This document shows, piece after piece, positions 9,373-22,772 of a DNA stretch of 58,706 nucleotides. Both the position numbers and the translations under genes were made by a program. The notes under the pieces were generated by a model. It worked only from the letters and a program-made list of their open reading frames with translations. It searched no databases and was not told where the DNA came from. Source of the stretch: Candidatus Eiseniibacteriota bacterium (GTDB taxonomy: Bacteria > Eisenbacteria > RBG-16-71-46 > CAZAMP01). The stretch lies in assembly GCA_965224245.1 (NCBI GenBank), contig CBDCYW010000025.1, forward strand, positions 1 to 58,706, read 5' to 3'. Position 1 is the stretch's first letter. Each line of letters starts with the position of its first letter.

Positions 9373-10572
9373 ATGGGTAGGTGTGGGGGCTTCCGCTGGA
9401 ACTCATGGGTCTGGATTGTCCCCGCGTTGCTCTTGGCGCTGCCCGACGTGAGCGGGGCTTCTTGCGCGTGCATAGGAGCGAAGTCTCCTGTCATTGAACT
9501 GGAACGCGCATCTGCGGTCTTCTCGGGGTTGGTGATCGACCAGTTCCCCATGCTGCCGTGCGCTCCGTCAGACACCACCGTCTCCAGTCTCCTCGTTGAG
9601 CGGGTATGGAAAGGCGATCTCGCGGACACCGTTCGGGTCTCGACCACGGGCCTGTGCGCGTACCGGTTCACGATCGGTACTCGCTACCTTGTGTATGCGC
9701 GTTCCGACGACTCGACTCTCTTCACGTCCATCTGCTACCGAACCGCGCCCGTGGCCAGCGCCGGAGACGACATCGACAGCTTGCCCGCCCCGACCCGGAC
9801 AGCAACCTGGTCGTCGCTTCCGCAGTTCAGCGTCCGCGCACTGACGGAGCAACTCCGGAGTGGGGACTCCGCCGAGAGACACCGGGCGGCTCGAACTCTG
9901 GCTCAGATTGGCGAGGATCTTCGGATCTACGGTGTGCGAGGCCTGCTGGACCTGATTAGGACCTCGAGGTCTGACGACGAGCGGGCTGCGACGGACGCAC
10001 TGCGCCGGATCAATGATCCGAGTGGACTGGGCCACGGTGGCCCCCACCGCGAGGTTGCGCTGCTCGCGTTGCTCGCCTCCGAATGGCCGGATACGTGCGT
10101 TCGCAACACGTCGATGCGCGCTTTGGGCAACATCGGACCCGAGGCACGCTGGAGCATCCCGTATCTGATCTCAGCGCTATCTGATCACGACGCTGGCGTT
10201 CGCGCGACGGCTGCTGAAGCGCTCGCGCGCGTGGGCCAAGGCGACTCAGCCACCGCCCACGCGCTCATTGCCACCCTTGCGGATCCCGTTCCTGAGGTTC
10301 GATCGAGCGTCGCGGTGTCAATCGCGCAGGTTCGAGCTGAGCCGGAACGATCAGTAGCAGGCCTGATCGCGAGGCTAGACGATGACGATGGGCGAGTCCG
10401 GAAGTTGGTCATCTGGGCCCTGGGGGAGTTCCGCGGCGATGCGAACGTAGCGGTGCCTGCGCTGCTTCTCCTTCTTGAGCACGAGATCGACGACGATACG
10501 CGACTTCAGGTCGAGAGTGCCCTGATTGACATAGATCCGGATCGTTTCGCCGCGCCGCGGGGCGACCGTTAG
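9373..10572 (+). CDS. Exported protein with N-terminal CxC TIMP-like domain and HEAT repeats
   Basis: Signal-like segment, then CACI...AVFSGLV..VERVWKG..C.YRF..G.RYLVYA..C; C-terminal HEAT repeats (L.D.D..VR..AA.AL). GGAGG RBS before ATG 9373. Confidence 0.75.
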   Translation: MGRCGGFRWNSWVWIVPALLLALPDVSGASCACIGAKSPVIELERASAVFSGLVIDQFPMLPCAPSDTTVSSLLVERVWKGDLADTVRVSTTGLCAYRFTIGTRYLVYARSDDSTLFTSICYRTAPVASAGDDIDSLPAPTRTATWSSLPQFSVRALTEQLRSGDSAERHRAARTLAQIGEDLRIYGVRGLLDLIRTSRSDDERAATDALRRINDPSGLGHGGPHREVALLALLASEWPDTCVRNTSMRALGNIGPEARWSIPYLISALSDHDAGVRATAAEALARVGQGDSATAHALIATLADPVPEVRSSVAVSIAQVRAEPERSVAGLIARLDDDDGRVRKLVIWALGEFRGDANVAVPALLLLLEHEIDDDTRLQVESALIDIDPDRFAAPRGDR

Positions 10573-10608
10573 ATCATTCAGACACGTCCAGGACGGGAGT
10601 GCAACGTC

Positions 10609-11070
10609 ATGCAACACGATGCCGCTGTCTGGGCCCCGGAGACCAAGCTCCGTCCAGTGCAGCTGCAGGTTCTGGACTCGCTCCTTCAGGGCGAGACAAT
10701 CGTATCCGCCGCGCACACCGCCGGTGTCGACCGCACGACGGTTCATCGCTGGCTGGCGCGGGACTTCGCGTTTCAGGCCGCGTTGAACCACCGTCGGCAC
10801 GAACTCCGGGTAGCGCTGGTCGATCGACTCGCGCAGCTCGCCGCGGCGGCGGTGGACGTGGTTGAACAGGCGCTGCGAGACGGGGACGCCCGAGTCGGCC
10901 TCGCGGTCCTCAAGGGAACCGGATTGTTGTCTGGGGCACTGGTGCCGATCGGGTCCCGCGACCCGAAGGCGCTTCAGGAGGAGTCAGCAATGCGTGATCG
11001 CGACCGGGAACTCGAAGCCGCCGAAAAGAAGCGATTGCAGTCGCTTAGGGCAATGATCGTGCAAGACTGA
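10609..11070 (+). CDS. Helix-turn-helix protein (phBC6A51/terminase-small-like HTH)
   Basis: GETIVSAAHTAGVDRTTVHRWL HTH. Confidence 0.65.
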   Translation: MQHDAAVWAPETKLRPVQLQVLDSLLQGETIVSAAHTAGVDRTTVHRWLARDFAFQAALNHRRHELRVALVDRLAQLAAAAVDVVEQALRDGDARVGLAVLKGTGLLSGALVPIGSRDPKALQEESAMRDRDRELEAAEKKRLQSLRAMIVQD

Positions 11071-11190
11071 GAGCCCCGACCACGGAGCATCTCCTCCTCC
11101 CCCTCCATCCGTGCTTCCCGAGCCACGAGCCGGTCGACATCGCCATCAGCAGTGTCGATATCAGACTAGACTCCCGGTGGAGGGCGCTCG

Positions 11191-11733
11191 TTGAAGCTCA
11201 ATCAACGCACCCGTGCTGTCGAGGCGTGGACCATCTTGGGCACGTTCGCCGACGACCTTGAGATGGTGTCGATCGCAAAACGCCTCCTCGGAAGCGTGGA
11301 AGCCGCTGCTAAAAAAGAGCTTAGCCCGAAGTTCCACGCCTGCTACAACCGCCTGATCGCCACGCAAATCGTCCTCGTGCTGGCGAAGTGGATGGAGTTC
11401 TACGACTCGTACAAGTCCGTAATCCCCGAAGACGTCCGATTGAGCTGCCGCAGCCTGGTCCGCGAGATCAAGGGACGGGGAACCAAGGAGTTCCGCGACA
11501 AGGTTGTCGCTCACTTGAAGGACAGGGATCTGGGGCGGCCGCTGACCTCGCAGGAGACCAATACCCGGTTCGAGCAGTTTCTCGGCGAGAACCCAGATGG
11601 GTTCTTGACCTGGGTATACGATGAAGAGGACCAGGACGCTGCCTCAGACTCCGTCTTCGCCGTCACGGTCCGGGTCCGCCGTCGCATCCTGGAAGCGCAC
11701 GGGCTCGACCAACGCCCCGACGCCACCCCCTGA
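11191..11733 (+). CDS. Probable HEPN-domain protein (AbiU2-like)
   Basis: Helical ~180 aa protein with Rx5H motif (FRDKVVAH); start codon uncertain. Confidence 0.55.
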   Translation: MKLNQRTRAVEAWTILGTFADDLEMVSIAKRLLGSVEAAAKKELSPKFHACYNRLIATQIVLVLAKWMEFYDSYKSVIPEDVRLSCRSLVREIKGRGTKEFRDKVVAHLKDRDLGRPLTSQETNTRFEQFLGENPDGFLTWVYDEEDQDAASDSVFAVTVRVRRRILEAHGLDQRPDATP

Positions 11734-11785
11734 CCCACTAAAAGCTTGCAATTAAGAAGGTTGAACGACGGACATATAATTGAAC

Positions 11786-11813
11786 TTGACGGTTCGATTT
11801 TCTCAGCTACTCT
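11786..11813 (+). promoter_or_regulatory. Putative sigma70 promoter for a leaderless MerR-like gene
   Basis: TTGACG-16 nt-TACTCT, with ATG 8 nt downstream and no RBS. Confidence 0.4.
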
Positions 11814-11820
11814 TGCCGCC

Positions 11821-12675
11821 ATGACTGCTGAGACCGACGAACCCCGCATCTTCACTGCCCGGCACGTCGGTGCGATCGCCGGGCTTAGCTATCGCCAGCT
11901 AAACGTCTGGGACCAGGTCGGTGTCCTCCCGGAGGGCCGATCGGACGGGACCGGCTGGAGACGGTTCTCGCCGCGCGAGTTGTTCCAGATCATGGTCTGC
12001 GCGGAGATCCGTCGGCGACTCGGGGTACCACTGGAGTCGCTCCGGTACGTGCGGGACTTCATGCTGCGGGATGGTCACAACCACTTCAAGGCGGCCGTCG
12101 ACCTGATCGCGTTCTCCGGAGCCGCGGTTCTTCTTCTTACCGACTTCCGCGGCACGTTCGTGATGGATACCGAGCTGGAGTTCGAGGACATGATGCGTCT
12201 CGGGTACTTCGGCGGCGAACATGAAGAAGCCTTCGCGCTGGTGAAGATCAATCCCATCGTCAACCGGATGCTCTCGTTCCTGAAGAACCCGATCCAGCTC
12301 CCTCTCCATGGCGCGGCCAGGGAGCTTCTGCGCCGCTACCACCTCGAGCTGCGGCCCGTCACGCCCGAACAGCAAGAGGTACTGGACATAATCAGTAGCG
12401 GCTCCTTCGACCGCCTCGAACTCACGCTCGGCGAGAGCGGTCAAATCAAACGTATCTACGGCACGCAGCAACTGGACAGCAAGAAGGCCGAAGAGATCGC
12501 GTCACTTGTTCGAGAAGGGGCCTTTCAGCGCGTCACCGTCGTGCAACACGGTGGTGAGATCCGTCGGGTTGAGCGTCGAACGCCGATACGGCTCAAGAAC
12601 CGGGGTCGTCCCGATCATTCAACCGATCCGCAGCGGGAGAACCCCGAGCGGAAGAGGACGTCCGAAAAACCATGA
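11821..12675 (+). CDS. MerR-type HTH transcriptional regulator
   Basis: FTARHVGAIAGLSYRQLNVWD...GWRRFS...LGVPLESL. Confidence 0.8.
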   Translation: MTAETDEPRIFTARHVGAIAGLSYRQLNVWDQVGVLPEGRSDGTGWRRFSPRELFQIMVCAEIRRRLGVPLESLRYVRDFMLRDGHNHFKAAVDLIAFSGAAVLLLTDFRGTFVMDTELEFEDMMRLGYFGGEHEEAFALVKINPIVNRMLSFLKNPIQLPLHGAARELLRRYHLELRPVTPEQQEVLDIISSGSFDRLELTLGESGQIKRIYGTQQLDSKKAEEIASLVREGAFQRVTVVQHGGEIRRVERRTPIRLKNRGRPDHSTDPQRENPERKRTSEKP

Positions 12676-12753
12676 CCGTGCAAGCCCAACGCAGCAGTGC
12701 GAACCTGAGCCGCGGGCTCCGCCGCGCACAAATCGTGCGCATCGGAGGCTCCC

Positions 12754-13059
12754 GTGCTCGATGTTGCACGCTGCCGGGAACTGCTCGGCACCGATCCGAG
12801 CCTGACGGACAAGAACATCAGCGCGCTATGCGCCCACCTGCGAGACCTGGCCGAGATCGCGATCGATGCCTACTTGGCCCTGCCCGCGTCCGCTAGGCCC
12901 GCGCACTACGCCGACGTGATTGCGGTATTGCCGGACCAGATCCGGGAGCATCTTGAGGAACGAGCCGCGATCCGTGAGTTTGATGGTGACCTTTCCCGTA
13001 CCGACGCCGAGCGTGCCACCCTCGCGTCCATCGTTCCGTTTCCCCGCCGGGAGAGCTAG
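12754..13059 (+). CDS. Small mobile-element hypothetical protein (EERAAI..FDG.L.R..AE motif)
   Basis: GGAGG RBS + GTG; sits immediately upstream of the recombinase. Confidence 0.65.
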   Translation: MLDVARCRELLGTDPSLTDKNISALCAHLRDLAEIAIDAYLALPASARPAHYADVIAVLPDQIREHLEERAAIREFDGDLSRTDAERATLASIVPFPRRES

Positions 13060-13062
13060 CTG

Positions 13063-13740
13063 ATGAGGGCGGTCATCTACTGCCGTGTTTCCACGAGAGG
13101 ACAGCTGGAGAACCGGAGTCTGCCGACCCAGCGTCGGGCATGCGAGCAATACTGCAGCTCCCGGGGCTGGACGGTGGACCGCGTCTTCATGGAAGAAGGG
13201 GAGTCCGCGAAGACCGCCGATCGAGCTGAGCTTCAGAAACTACTTGCCTACTGCGAGGAGAACCGGAAACGCATCGACCACGTCCTCGTTCATTCCATCT
13301 CTCGGCTGTCACGCGACGTCGGCGACCACCACACCATCCGGGCGGTTCTGCGGCGGTGGGGCATTCAACTCCATTCGGCCACCGAGCCCATCGACGACAC
13401 ACCCGAGGGGCGGTTCATGGACAATGTCCTGGCATCTGTGTCTCAGTACGACAACGACGTGCGAGCACGAAGGACCCGCGAGGGCATGCGGGCCGCCGTG
13501 CGGGAGGGTCGTTGGCCATTCCCACCTCCCATCGGGTATCGGCCGGGACCGCGAAAGGAAGGCCCAGCTCTGGTCCACGATGCGGAGCGAGCTCCATTCA
13601 TCCGGGACGGGTTCAACCTCCTGGCCACGGGCAGATACTCAGCGCGTGATGTGCTGAAGAAGCTGACCGAGCGTGGGCTTCGGACCCGTCGAGGCAAGCC
13701 GGTGTCGATGCAGACTTGGACGAGCGCGATCCGGAACCCC
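13063..13740 (+). pseudogene. Large serine recombinase, truncated within the recombinase domain
   Basis: AVIYCRVST (catalytic Ser), EEGESAK, ISRLSR, PPIGY. Similarity ends at IRNP (expected NP.Y.G); the rest of the ORF to 13938 looks like read-through. Confidence 0.85.
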
Positions 13741-13980
13741 GCTGTGCCATCCGCTCCCACGTCGCGGCGGACACGCACGATCTTGCCGCCACGTCCTCTG
13801 CCAACTCTAGGCCACCCGATGCCCTCGGGGACCAGCGTCTCAGGGCCCATCCGGTACAGCCTGTTTATCTTCAGTATCGCTGGCCCCCCGTGTCCCGTCA
13901 CCATCACCCTTGCCGCAGGCACGGCGACGCATGTCTGACAGTGCACATGCTCACTCGTACGCAGCACTCAAGGAGGATCC

Positions 13981-14253
13981 ATGCACTCCAATGATCCGGC
14001 TCTGCCCTCCCTAGCCCAGCGCATCGTCACAGAGCTTCTACACCGCCTACGAACTGATGAGTGGTTCGTTGCGCCTGAGTACGTCAGCCCTTCCCAGGCG
14101 GCAGTCATCACAGGAGTTCCTACGAAGACATTCGAACTCTGGAGATGGCGTGGTGATGGCCCCCGATTCTTCCGGCTTGGTACGGGCCCTCGCGCCCGCA
14201 TACGCTATCGGATAGACGACCTTCGCGACTGGATCGAAAAGAACCCTGGATAG
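13981..14253 (+). CDS. Excisionase/AlpA-like HTH DNA-binding protein
   Basis: YVSPSQAAVITGVPTKTFELWRWRGDGPRF...IRYRIDDLRDWI; AAGGAGG RBS. Confidence 0.85.
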   Translation: MHSNDPALPSLAQRIVTELLHRLRTDEWFVAPEYVSPSQAAVITGVPTKTFELWRWRGDGPRFFRLGTGPRARIRYRIDDLRDWIEKNPG

Positions 14254-15582
14254 CCACCTACGGACTCGTCACCGTGCCCGCTCACTCGCGCCGACTTGGT
14301 AACCTTTGGCTAGCCTGCAAGTCTGCTCCCAATCCTTGAAGAACATCCAAGCCGCAACCCCTAGACCCTGCCCTTCACCCCCGACGAGTACCTCGACGAA
14401 GTTATCCACTTTCTCATTTCCCCTTAAGCCGTAGAAGGTGAAGACGCTACCTCGTCCGCACAACCTTCCGCGAGAAGCGTTGTCCCGCAACGTCCATGAG
14501 GCAGAAATAGATTCCTGATGCCACCTCTTGACCCGTCTCGCTTCGGCCGTCCCACACCAGCGCTTGCCGACCCCCACGCCGAACGCCATTCCACAAAGTT
14601 CGAAGAACACGCCCGTGAACATCTGTAACGAGGACCCTAACCTGACTCGCTTCTGTGAGCGCGAAAGGGATTGTCGTGTGCGAGACGAACGGATTGGGCG
14701 AGCTTGCCCCAAGTTGACCTTGCGAAGCGGCAGTGGCCACTGCGATTCCAGGCACAGATACCGGCAGATTGTCCCATCGGCCTATGCGGAGCGATGGCGC
14801 CCCACTAGCCGTGAAGCTTCCACCAACGTATAGACTTCCACCGTACACGACGAGCGCCGCGCAGTTGTCGTTCGTGCCCGAACCAAGTGCAGTCCAGGTC
14901 ACTCCATCCCAAGCGGCGATGTGGTGCGCGGAATCACCTCCGGCCCGACTGAACTCGCCCGATGCGTAGAGAAGGCCTGCATACTCACGAAGCGCATTCA
15001 CAGCCGCATCCATACCTGGTCCAAGGGCGGTCCAGGATGTTCCATCCCACTTCGCAACTCTCTCGGCCGGTCCGTCGGCCCACGTGAAATCGCCCCCGGC
15101 GACGAGCTCGTTCCCGTAGGTCCCAAGCGCCTTCACAGGCGCGTTGACCCACGTCGAGATCGGGGACCACGAGTCACCATCCCAGCGCGCAAGGTTGTAG
15201 GCGAAGTCGTCGCCGGCCCATGAAAAGTTACCGCCAACGATCAGGTCTCCTTGAAAGACAGTCATTGCCAATACAGCGCCGTCGATACCGGTGCCCAACG
15301 CACTCCAGGTGATGCCGTCCCATCGCGCGATCCGACTGGCCGTCGCCCCCCCTGCCTCGGTGAACTCCCCGCCGGCAACTAAGTAACCATCATGAACCGC
15401 CAGTGCATGTATCGTGGGAGAATACCCTCCGACTCCCGTGCCGAGCGGGGCCCAAGTACCACCGTTCCAACCTCCGATTTGTTCAAGTGGGACCCCGCCA
15501 CCCTCGGTGAAGGAACCAGCAGCAACAAGTTCTGAACCACGCCGGGTTTGCCGGAGGGTGTATTCCTTGAGAGGATACCTCC

Positions 15583-18292
<2,710 letters not shown>

Positions 18293-19573
18293 CCAGCTCT
18301 CCGGAGAACCCGGTACGGTTCAGTTCTGAGTCGAAGACTGCCAAAGCGTAAGGACTGCCGTTCAGACCCCCCAGCGCCGACCACTCAAGGCCGTTCCAAC
18401 TCGCGATATGGGCTAGTTCGTAGCCACCACCAGCCGTGAAGTCTCCCCCCACGATGAGCGAACCGTCGTACTCGGCCAAGGCACGCACCGTGGCGTCCAC
18501 GCCAATGGCAGCACCGAGAGGACTCCAGTCGCTTCCGTTCCACTGCGCGATGTTGTTTGTGAAGCGGCTGCCGGCCCTGGAGAATTCGCCTGTGGCAATT
18601 AGGATCCCGGCGTGATCGGCGACTTCATAGACACTGACCCCTGTCAGGCCATCTCCTATGTCGGTCCACTGACTACCGTCCCACATCGCGACTAGGTCTG
18701 CAGAGATCCCCCCGGCACTGGCAAACGCTCCAGCCGCCACAAGTCGCCCTGCATGAACGCAAAGAGAATGCACTCGCCCGTCGGCGCCCTGCCCGACGTC
18801 ATGCCATGCTCCGCCATCCCAGCGCGCCATGTTGTTGACCGGAGACCCGTCCGCAGCGGTGATGGTGCCACCAACGTAGAGCGAGCCGTCATACGCCGTG
18901 AGCGCATCTGGTTGTCCCTCAACGTCGCCAACAGGGAGCCAGCTGCTGCCGGTCCATTCGGCGACCCTGGTGGACCCAAGGAATGACCACCAGCCTGCCG
19001 CGAACAGCTTCCCGTTGTACTCCGCCAACGCATACGCGTTGCCCGTCCCCGGGGGACCGACTCGAATCCAGCGCACACCATTCCATTGAGCAATCGATGC
19101 CCAGTCACCATCGATGCGGAACTGCCCGCCTAGATACAGGTTGCCGTTGAAGACAAGAAGTGCGTTTCCAGAGGACGAACCATCAAACCCTTCATCCATC
19201 AAAGTCCACGAAACCCCATCCCAACGAGACACATGGCCGCCCCCACTGACGATGAGATCACCCTCAAACACCGCGATGGCCTCGGCTGGCGTTCCGAACG
19301 GTGTGTCTGGATACGCCCACCCCACACCGTCCCAGAACGCGAGGCGTTCGGCCGGCAAACCTCCAACGAAATCAAAGTTGCCGCCCACAACAAGAACACC
19401 GTTGTAAGTCGTTAGACTCAGCCCGGAGGGAGATATCCCGTCCGGCGCGAAGCCGTCCCACCAGAATTCGTCACCCTCACTGGCGTGACCGGTCGCTACG
19501 ATTGCAACCACAAACAAGGCCTGTCTCAAGGAAGTCGCGCTGGCACAGAGAATCCGCAACGAACGCCTCTGCA

Positions 19574-21064
19574 TCACGTCCCCCGTTCAGCTCGTGTTCG
19601 AAGCACGCGATGCCCCCGGATGGTCACCCCAGACGCTGCGAGAACCTCTTCCCATTGGTCCTCCCGCCCGATCACGCTCGGTGCGTCAAAAAGCCCTCTC
19701 TTCTCTTCCGAACGGGTTAGCCGTTCGAAACGACTTCGCCCTGGATAGTCGTCGGGCACGAACTCTTCCTTCCGGTGAAGAATGGGGCGATTGGTGGAAT
19801 TGCTGTGGTCGAAGAACTTGACTCTTAGATTGTCAAGAGAAACGACCACACCGCGATCCAATGGGGGGTGCGCTGTTCGGTCAAAGTCGGGATACGCGAG
19901 GTATGAGATCTTCGGCTTAAGGCGGTTCATCTTTAGGATGTTCGCGCCCTCAACATGTCCGACCAGTGTCCGCGCACAACCCTCATAGACCCTCAGCTCC
20001 CGAGGCAATCGGGTAACGAAGTCAGAGTGCACATAGATGGCATCGTGCGTCCTCTTTCCGAATGACGCGGCCTCACATCCGTCAGAAACTGTGTTCATGT
20101 CACGGAGAGAAAAAAGCAGTCTAATGGCTTCACCGTGCGCCTTCTTGAACGTTCCGAAGAATGCCCGTATGTCTTCTCTCAGATGCGTCGGAAGATCTCC
20201 ATACTTCGGCCCTGTCCCAAACTCGGCGAGCGCGAGATAGACGAGAAGATCATCCGTCCGCAGGTCTGCTGCTCTCGTCCAGAAGTCCTCGTCCGAGACA
20301 TGCCGGATCACACGGAACGCTTGCTTGAGGCTTCCGAACTGCTCGCAGATGGTGGCCGCCTCTGGCAGCTCCTCAGCGGCTGGGAGACGTCCGGTCTCGC
20401 CTATGAAGTCAACCAGTGGGCGCAGCAAGCCTTCATGCGCGTTGTACAGTTCCTGACTGATCGCCACCCGCGGCGCACGCCGCCGCCAGCGGGTGGCGAG
20501 GAACGACTCTCGTGTTCCCGCGTCTCGAAAGACAAAGAAAACGCCCGGAGCCGCGGCAACGCTTGCCGTGCCGAGCGTGTCATCGATCCAGTCTTTCAGT
20601 TCGTACTGCTCGTAGAACTTCTGGAACGTATTCCGGCGTGTTATGACGCCGTCGAATCTCTTATCGCCAGAATCGGAACCTCTCTCAGATCGCAGACGCG
20701 CTGCTACAATCAAGGTCCCACGTGCGAGATCCCACGCCTTCTTGAGCGTCGATGTTCGTTCAGCTTCGTCCTCAATGACGTTCACCACGTACCCGAGGTT
20801 GACGGCGTCGGCCTCAACTACAGACCCGTCTGAACGATGAGCGGGGTCCCATCCCTCGCACGCTATCCCCTGGCTTCGGAGCAGTCGCACATCGTCACCG
20901 CGGCCACATCCGTAGTCCATCACAGTCGTGCTGGACCTGATGACCCCCGCTTCGATTGCGAGCCGCATGGGTCGGGACAGGCTGACACGGCTCAGGGCAG
21001 TCTTGTGTCTTTCGATTTCCACCTTCACGCCCCCATCTGAGAGCTCCTGGGGCACCAAATGCAC
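19574..21064 (-). CDS. DNA phosphorothioation-associated putative methyltransferase (TIGR04096-like)
   Basis: RHKTAL.R..LSRP, DYGCGRGDD, VNLGYVVNVIED, TFQKFY, KISYL.YP.FD...HP, ILHRKE. Confidence 0.88.
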   Translation of the reverse strand: MHLVPQELSDGGVKVEIERHKTALSRVSLSRPMRLAIEAGVIRSSTTVMDYGCGRGDDVRLLRSQGIACEGWDPAHRSDGSVVEADAVNLGYVVNVIEDEAERTSTLKKAWDLARGTLIVAARLRSERGSDSGDKRFDGVITRRNTFQKFYEQYELKDWIDDTLGTASVAAAPGVFFVFRDAGTRESFLATRWRRRAPRVAISQELYNAHEGLLRPLVDFIGETGRLPAAEELPEAATICEQFGSLKQAFRVIRHVSDEDFWTRAADLRTDDLLVYLALAEFGTGPKYGDLPTHLREDIRAFFGTFKKAHGEAIRLLFSLRDMNTVSDGCEAASFGKRTHDAIYVHSDFVTRLPRELRVYEGCARTLVGHVEGANILKMNRLKPKISYLAYPDFDRTAHPPLDRGVVVSLDNLRVKFFDHSNSTNRPILHRKEEFVPDDYPGRSRFERLTRSEEKRGLFDAPSVIGREDQWEEVLAASGVTIRGHRVLRTRAERGT

Positions 21065-21181
21065 GGCCAGGCTTCACGTTTGCCACGACCGCCACGCACC
21101 TCGCAAGCCTCCTCTGCTGGCGTACCCAATCCACCGCCCCCGCTGGTCCTCAAGTTACTGTTGATAAACAACTTATCGTGC

Positions 21182-21210
21182 TTGACAGGCTGACACCCAG
21201 TACCTAGTCT
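21182..21210 (+). promoter_or_regulatory. Sigma70 promoter of the HTH-ssp operon
   Basis: TTGACA-17 nt-TAGTCT. Confidence 0.6.
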
Positions 21211-21264
21211 CCGTTACGGTCTGTTACGCGTCGCAACACGTGCAACAAGTCGAGACGTGAACAT

Positions 21265-21543
21265 ATGAGCATCGAGATCGACGACGTCCTCTACTACTCC
21301 GCAGCAGAGGTCTCCGAGAGACTAGGGATCTCCCGACAGACGCTGTGGCGATGGCGACGGGAGGGCAAGATTCCTGCCGGCCATCGTTTCCGTGATCGCC
21401 GCGTGCTCTTCACGGGCCAGGAAGTTGAAACGATCCGGGAGTTCGCTACTCGCGTCGAGCCCATTGGACGCGGCGACCACACTCAGCTAGGTCTCTTCCG
21501 ACGCCGAGCGGACGCGGATAGCGACCGGGAGCGCGAACGATGA
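21265..21543 (+). CDS. MerR/excisionase-like HTH regulator
   Basis: YSAAEVSERLGISRQTLWRWRREGKIP; ATGA overlap with the next gene. Confidence 0.85.
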   Translation: MSIEIDDVLYYSAAEVSERLGISRQTLWRWRREGKIPAGHRFRDRRVLFTGQEVETIREFATRVEPIGRGDHTQLGLFRRRADADSDRERER

Positions 21544-22772
21544 GAGAGACACGGCGGGAGATGATCTTCTCTCAGACCGATCGTGAGGAGATCTTCCTCG
21601 ACAACAACGCCACTACGCCCCCACTTCCGGAAGTTCAGGAGGCTGTCCTGGCCGCTTTGACGTCGGGATTTGGGAACCCCTCTAGCGCACACGGATGGGG
21701 TTGGCGAGCTCGACGGACGCTGGACGCGGCGAGAGAGTCCGTCGCCCGACTTGCTGGAGTCGACCCTGATCGCATCGTCTTCACGAGTGGCGGCACTGAA
21801 GCCAACAACGCGGTGCTCCATTCGGCTGCGTTCGGATCAAGGACGCGGCCTCGCATTATCACGTCAGTTGCCGAACACTCGTCCGTCCTCCGTTACTGCG
21901 ATTACCTCGAGAACCAGGGGTGCAACGTCGTTCGAGTAGGCGTGGATGAATCTGGCATCGTTCGTATTGGCGAGCTCGCTGCCACCCTAACGTCAGAAAC
22001 GGCACTCTGCTCCATTCACTGGGTCAACAACGAGACTGGTGTTGTTCAACCCGTGAATGAAATCGCGGCGCTCTGTCACGAGCGTGGTATCGCGTTCCAT
22101 ACCGATGCAGCTCAAGCACTCGGCAAGCTCGAAGCAACCTTGGATGGTCCACATCTCGATTACATCACTTTCACTGCCCACAAGATACACGGACCACAGG
22201 GTGCTGGCGCCATAGTCGTACGCAAGCCGCGTAGCATGTGCCCGCTGCTCTGGGGTGGTGACCAGGAGTCTAGCGTTCGAGCAGGAACTGAGAACTTGCC
22301 GGGCATAGCCGGTTTCGGCGCCGCTGCTCGCATTCGTGCGAGAGACCGGGCCGAGATCATCCCTCGGCTTCGGAGCATGCGTGATCTGTTGGAAGGCGAG
22401 CTCTCACGTCGCTTGCTAAACGTTCAAGTCAATGCTCTGGAGGCGCCACGCGTATGTAATACGACTAACCTGCTCTTTGGCGGTCTCGACGGCGAGGCAT
22501 TGGTTGCCCACCTAGACCAATGCGGGGTTCTCTGCTCGCAGAGCTCCGCGTGCACAAGTCAGCGGCCGGAACCCTCGTACGTTCTGCGTGCAATGGGGCT
22601 CTCTGAATCGGAAGCATACGCCAGCATCCGGTTTGCTGTGTCTCAGCTGAACACGCAAGATGAGATCCGAAGCTGCGCAGATACGATCGTGCAACTGTGC
22701 CATGACTTAGATGGCTCTCCTGTTTGGCAGACCCTCTCCCCCGAGAATGTGGTCTCGGAAGGAGGACGGTAG
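21540..22772 (+). CDS. sspA: Cysteine desulfurase (SspA/DndA/IscS-like)
   Basis: LDNNATT, FTSGGTEANN, HTDAAQ, AHKIHGPQG (PLP Lys), SSACTS. Confidence 0.9.
   Translation: MRETRREMIFSQTDREEIFLDNNATTPPLPEVQEAVLAALTSGFGNPSSAHGWGWRARRTLDAARESVARLAGVDPDRIVFTSGGTEANNAVLHSAAFGSRTRPRIITSVAEHSSVLRYCDYLENQGCNVVRVGVDESGIVRIGELAATLTSETALCSIHWVNNETGVVQPVNEIAALCHERGIAFHTDAAQALGKLEATLDGPHLDYITFTAHKIHGPQGAGAIVVRKPRSMCPLLWGGDQESSVRAGTENLPGIAGFGAAARIRARDRAEIIPRLRSMRDLLEGELSRRLLNVQVNALEAPRVCNTTNLLFGGLDGEALVAHLDQCGVLCSQSSACTSQRPEPSYVLRAMGLSESEAYASIRFAVSQLNTQDEIRSCADTIVQLCHDLDGSPVWQTLSPENVVSEGGR

Noticed and set aside
13741-13938. C-terminal 65 aa of the 291-aa recombinase ORF
   Set aside because: Pro-rich read-through past the breakpoint, not recombinase sequence.
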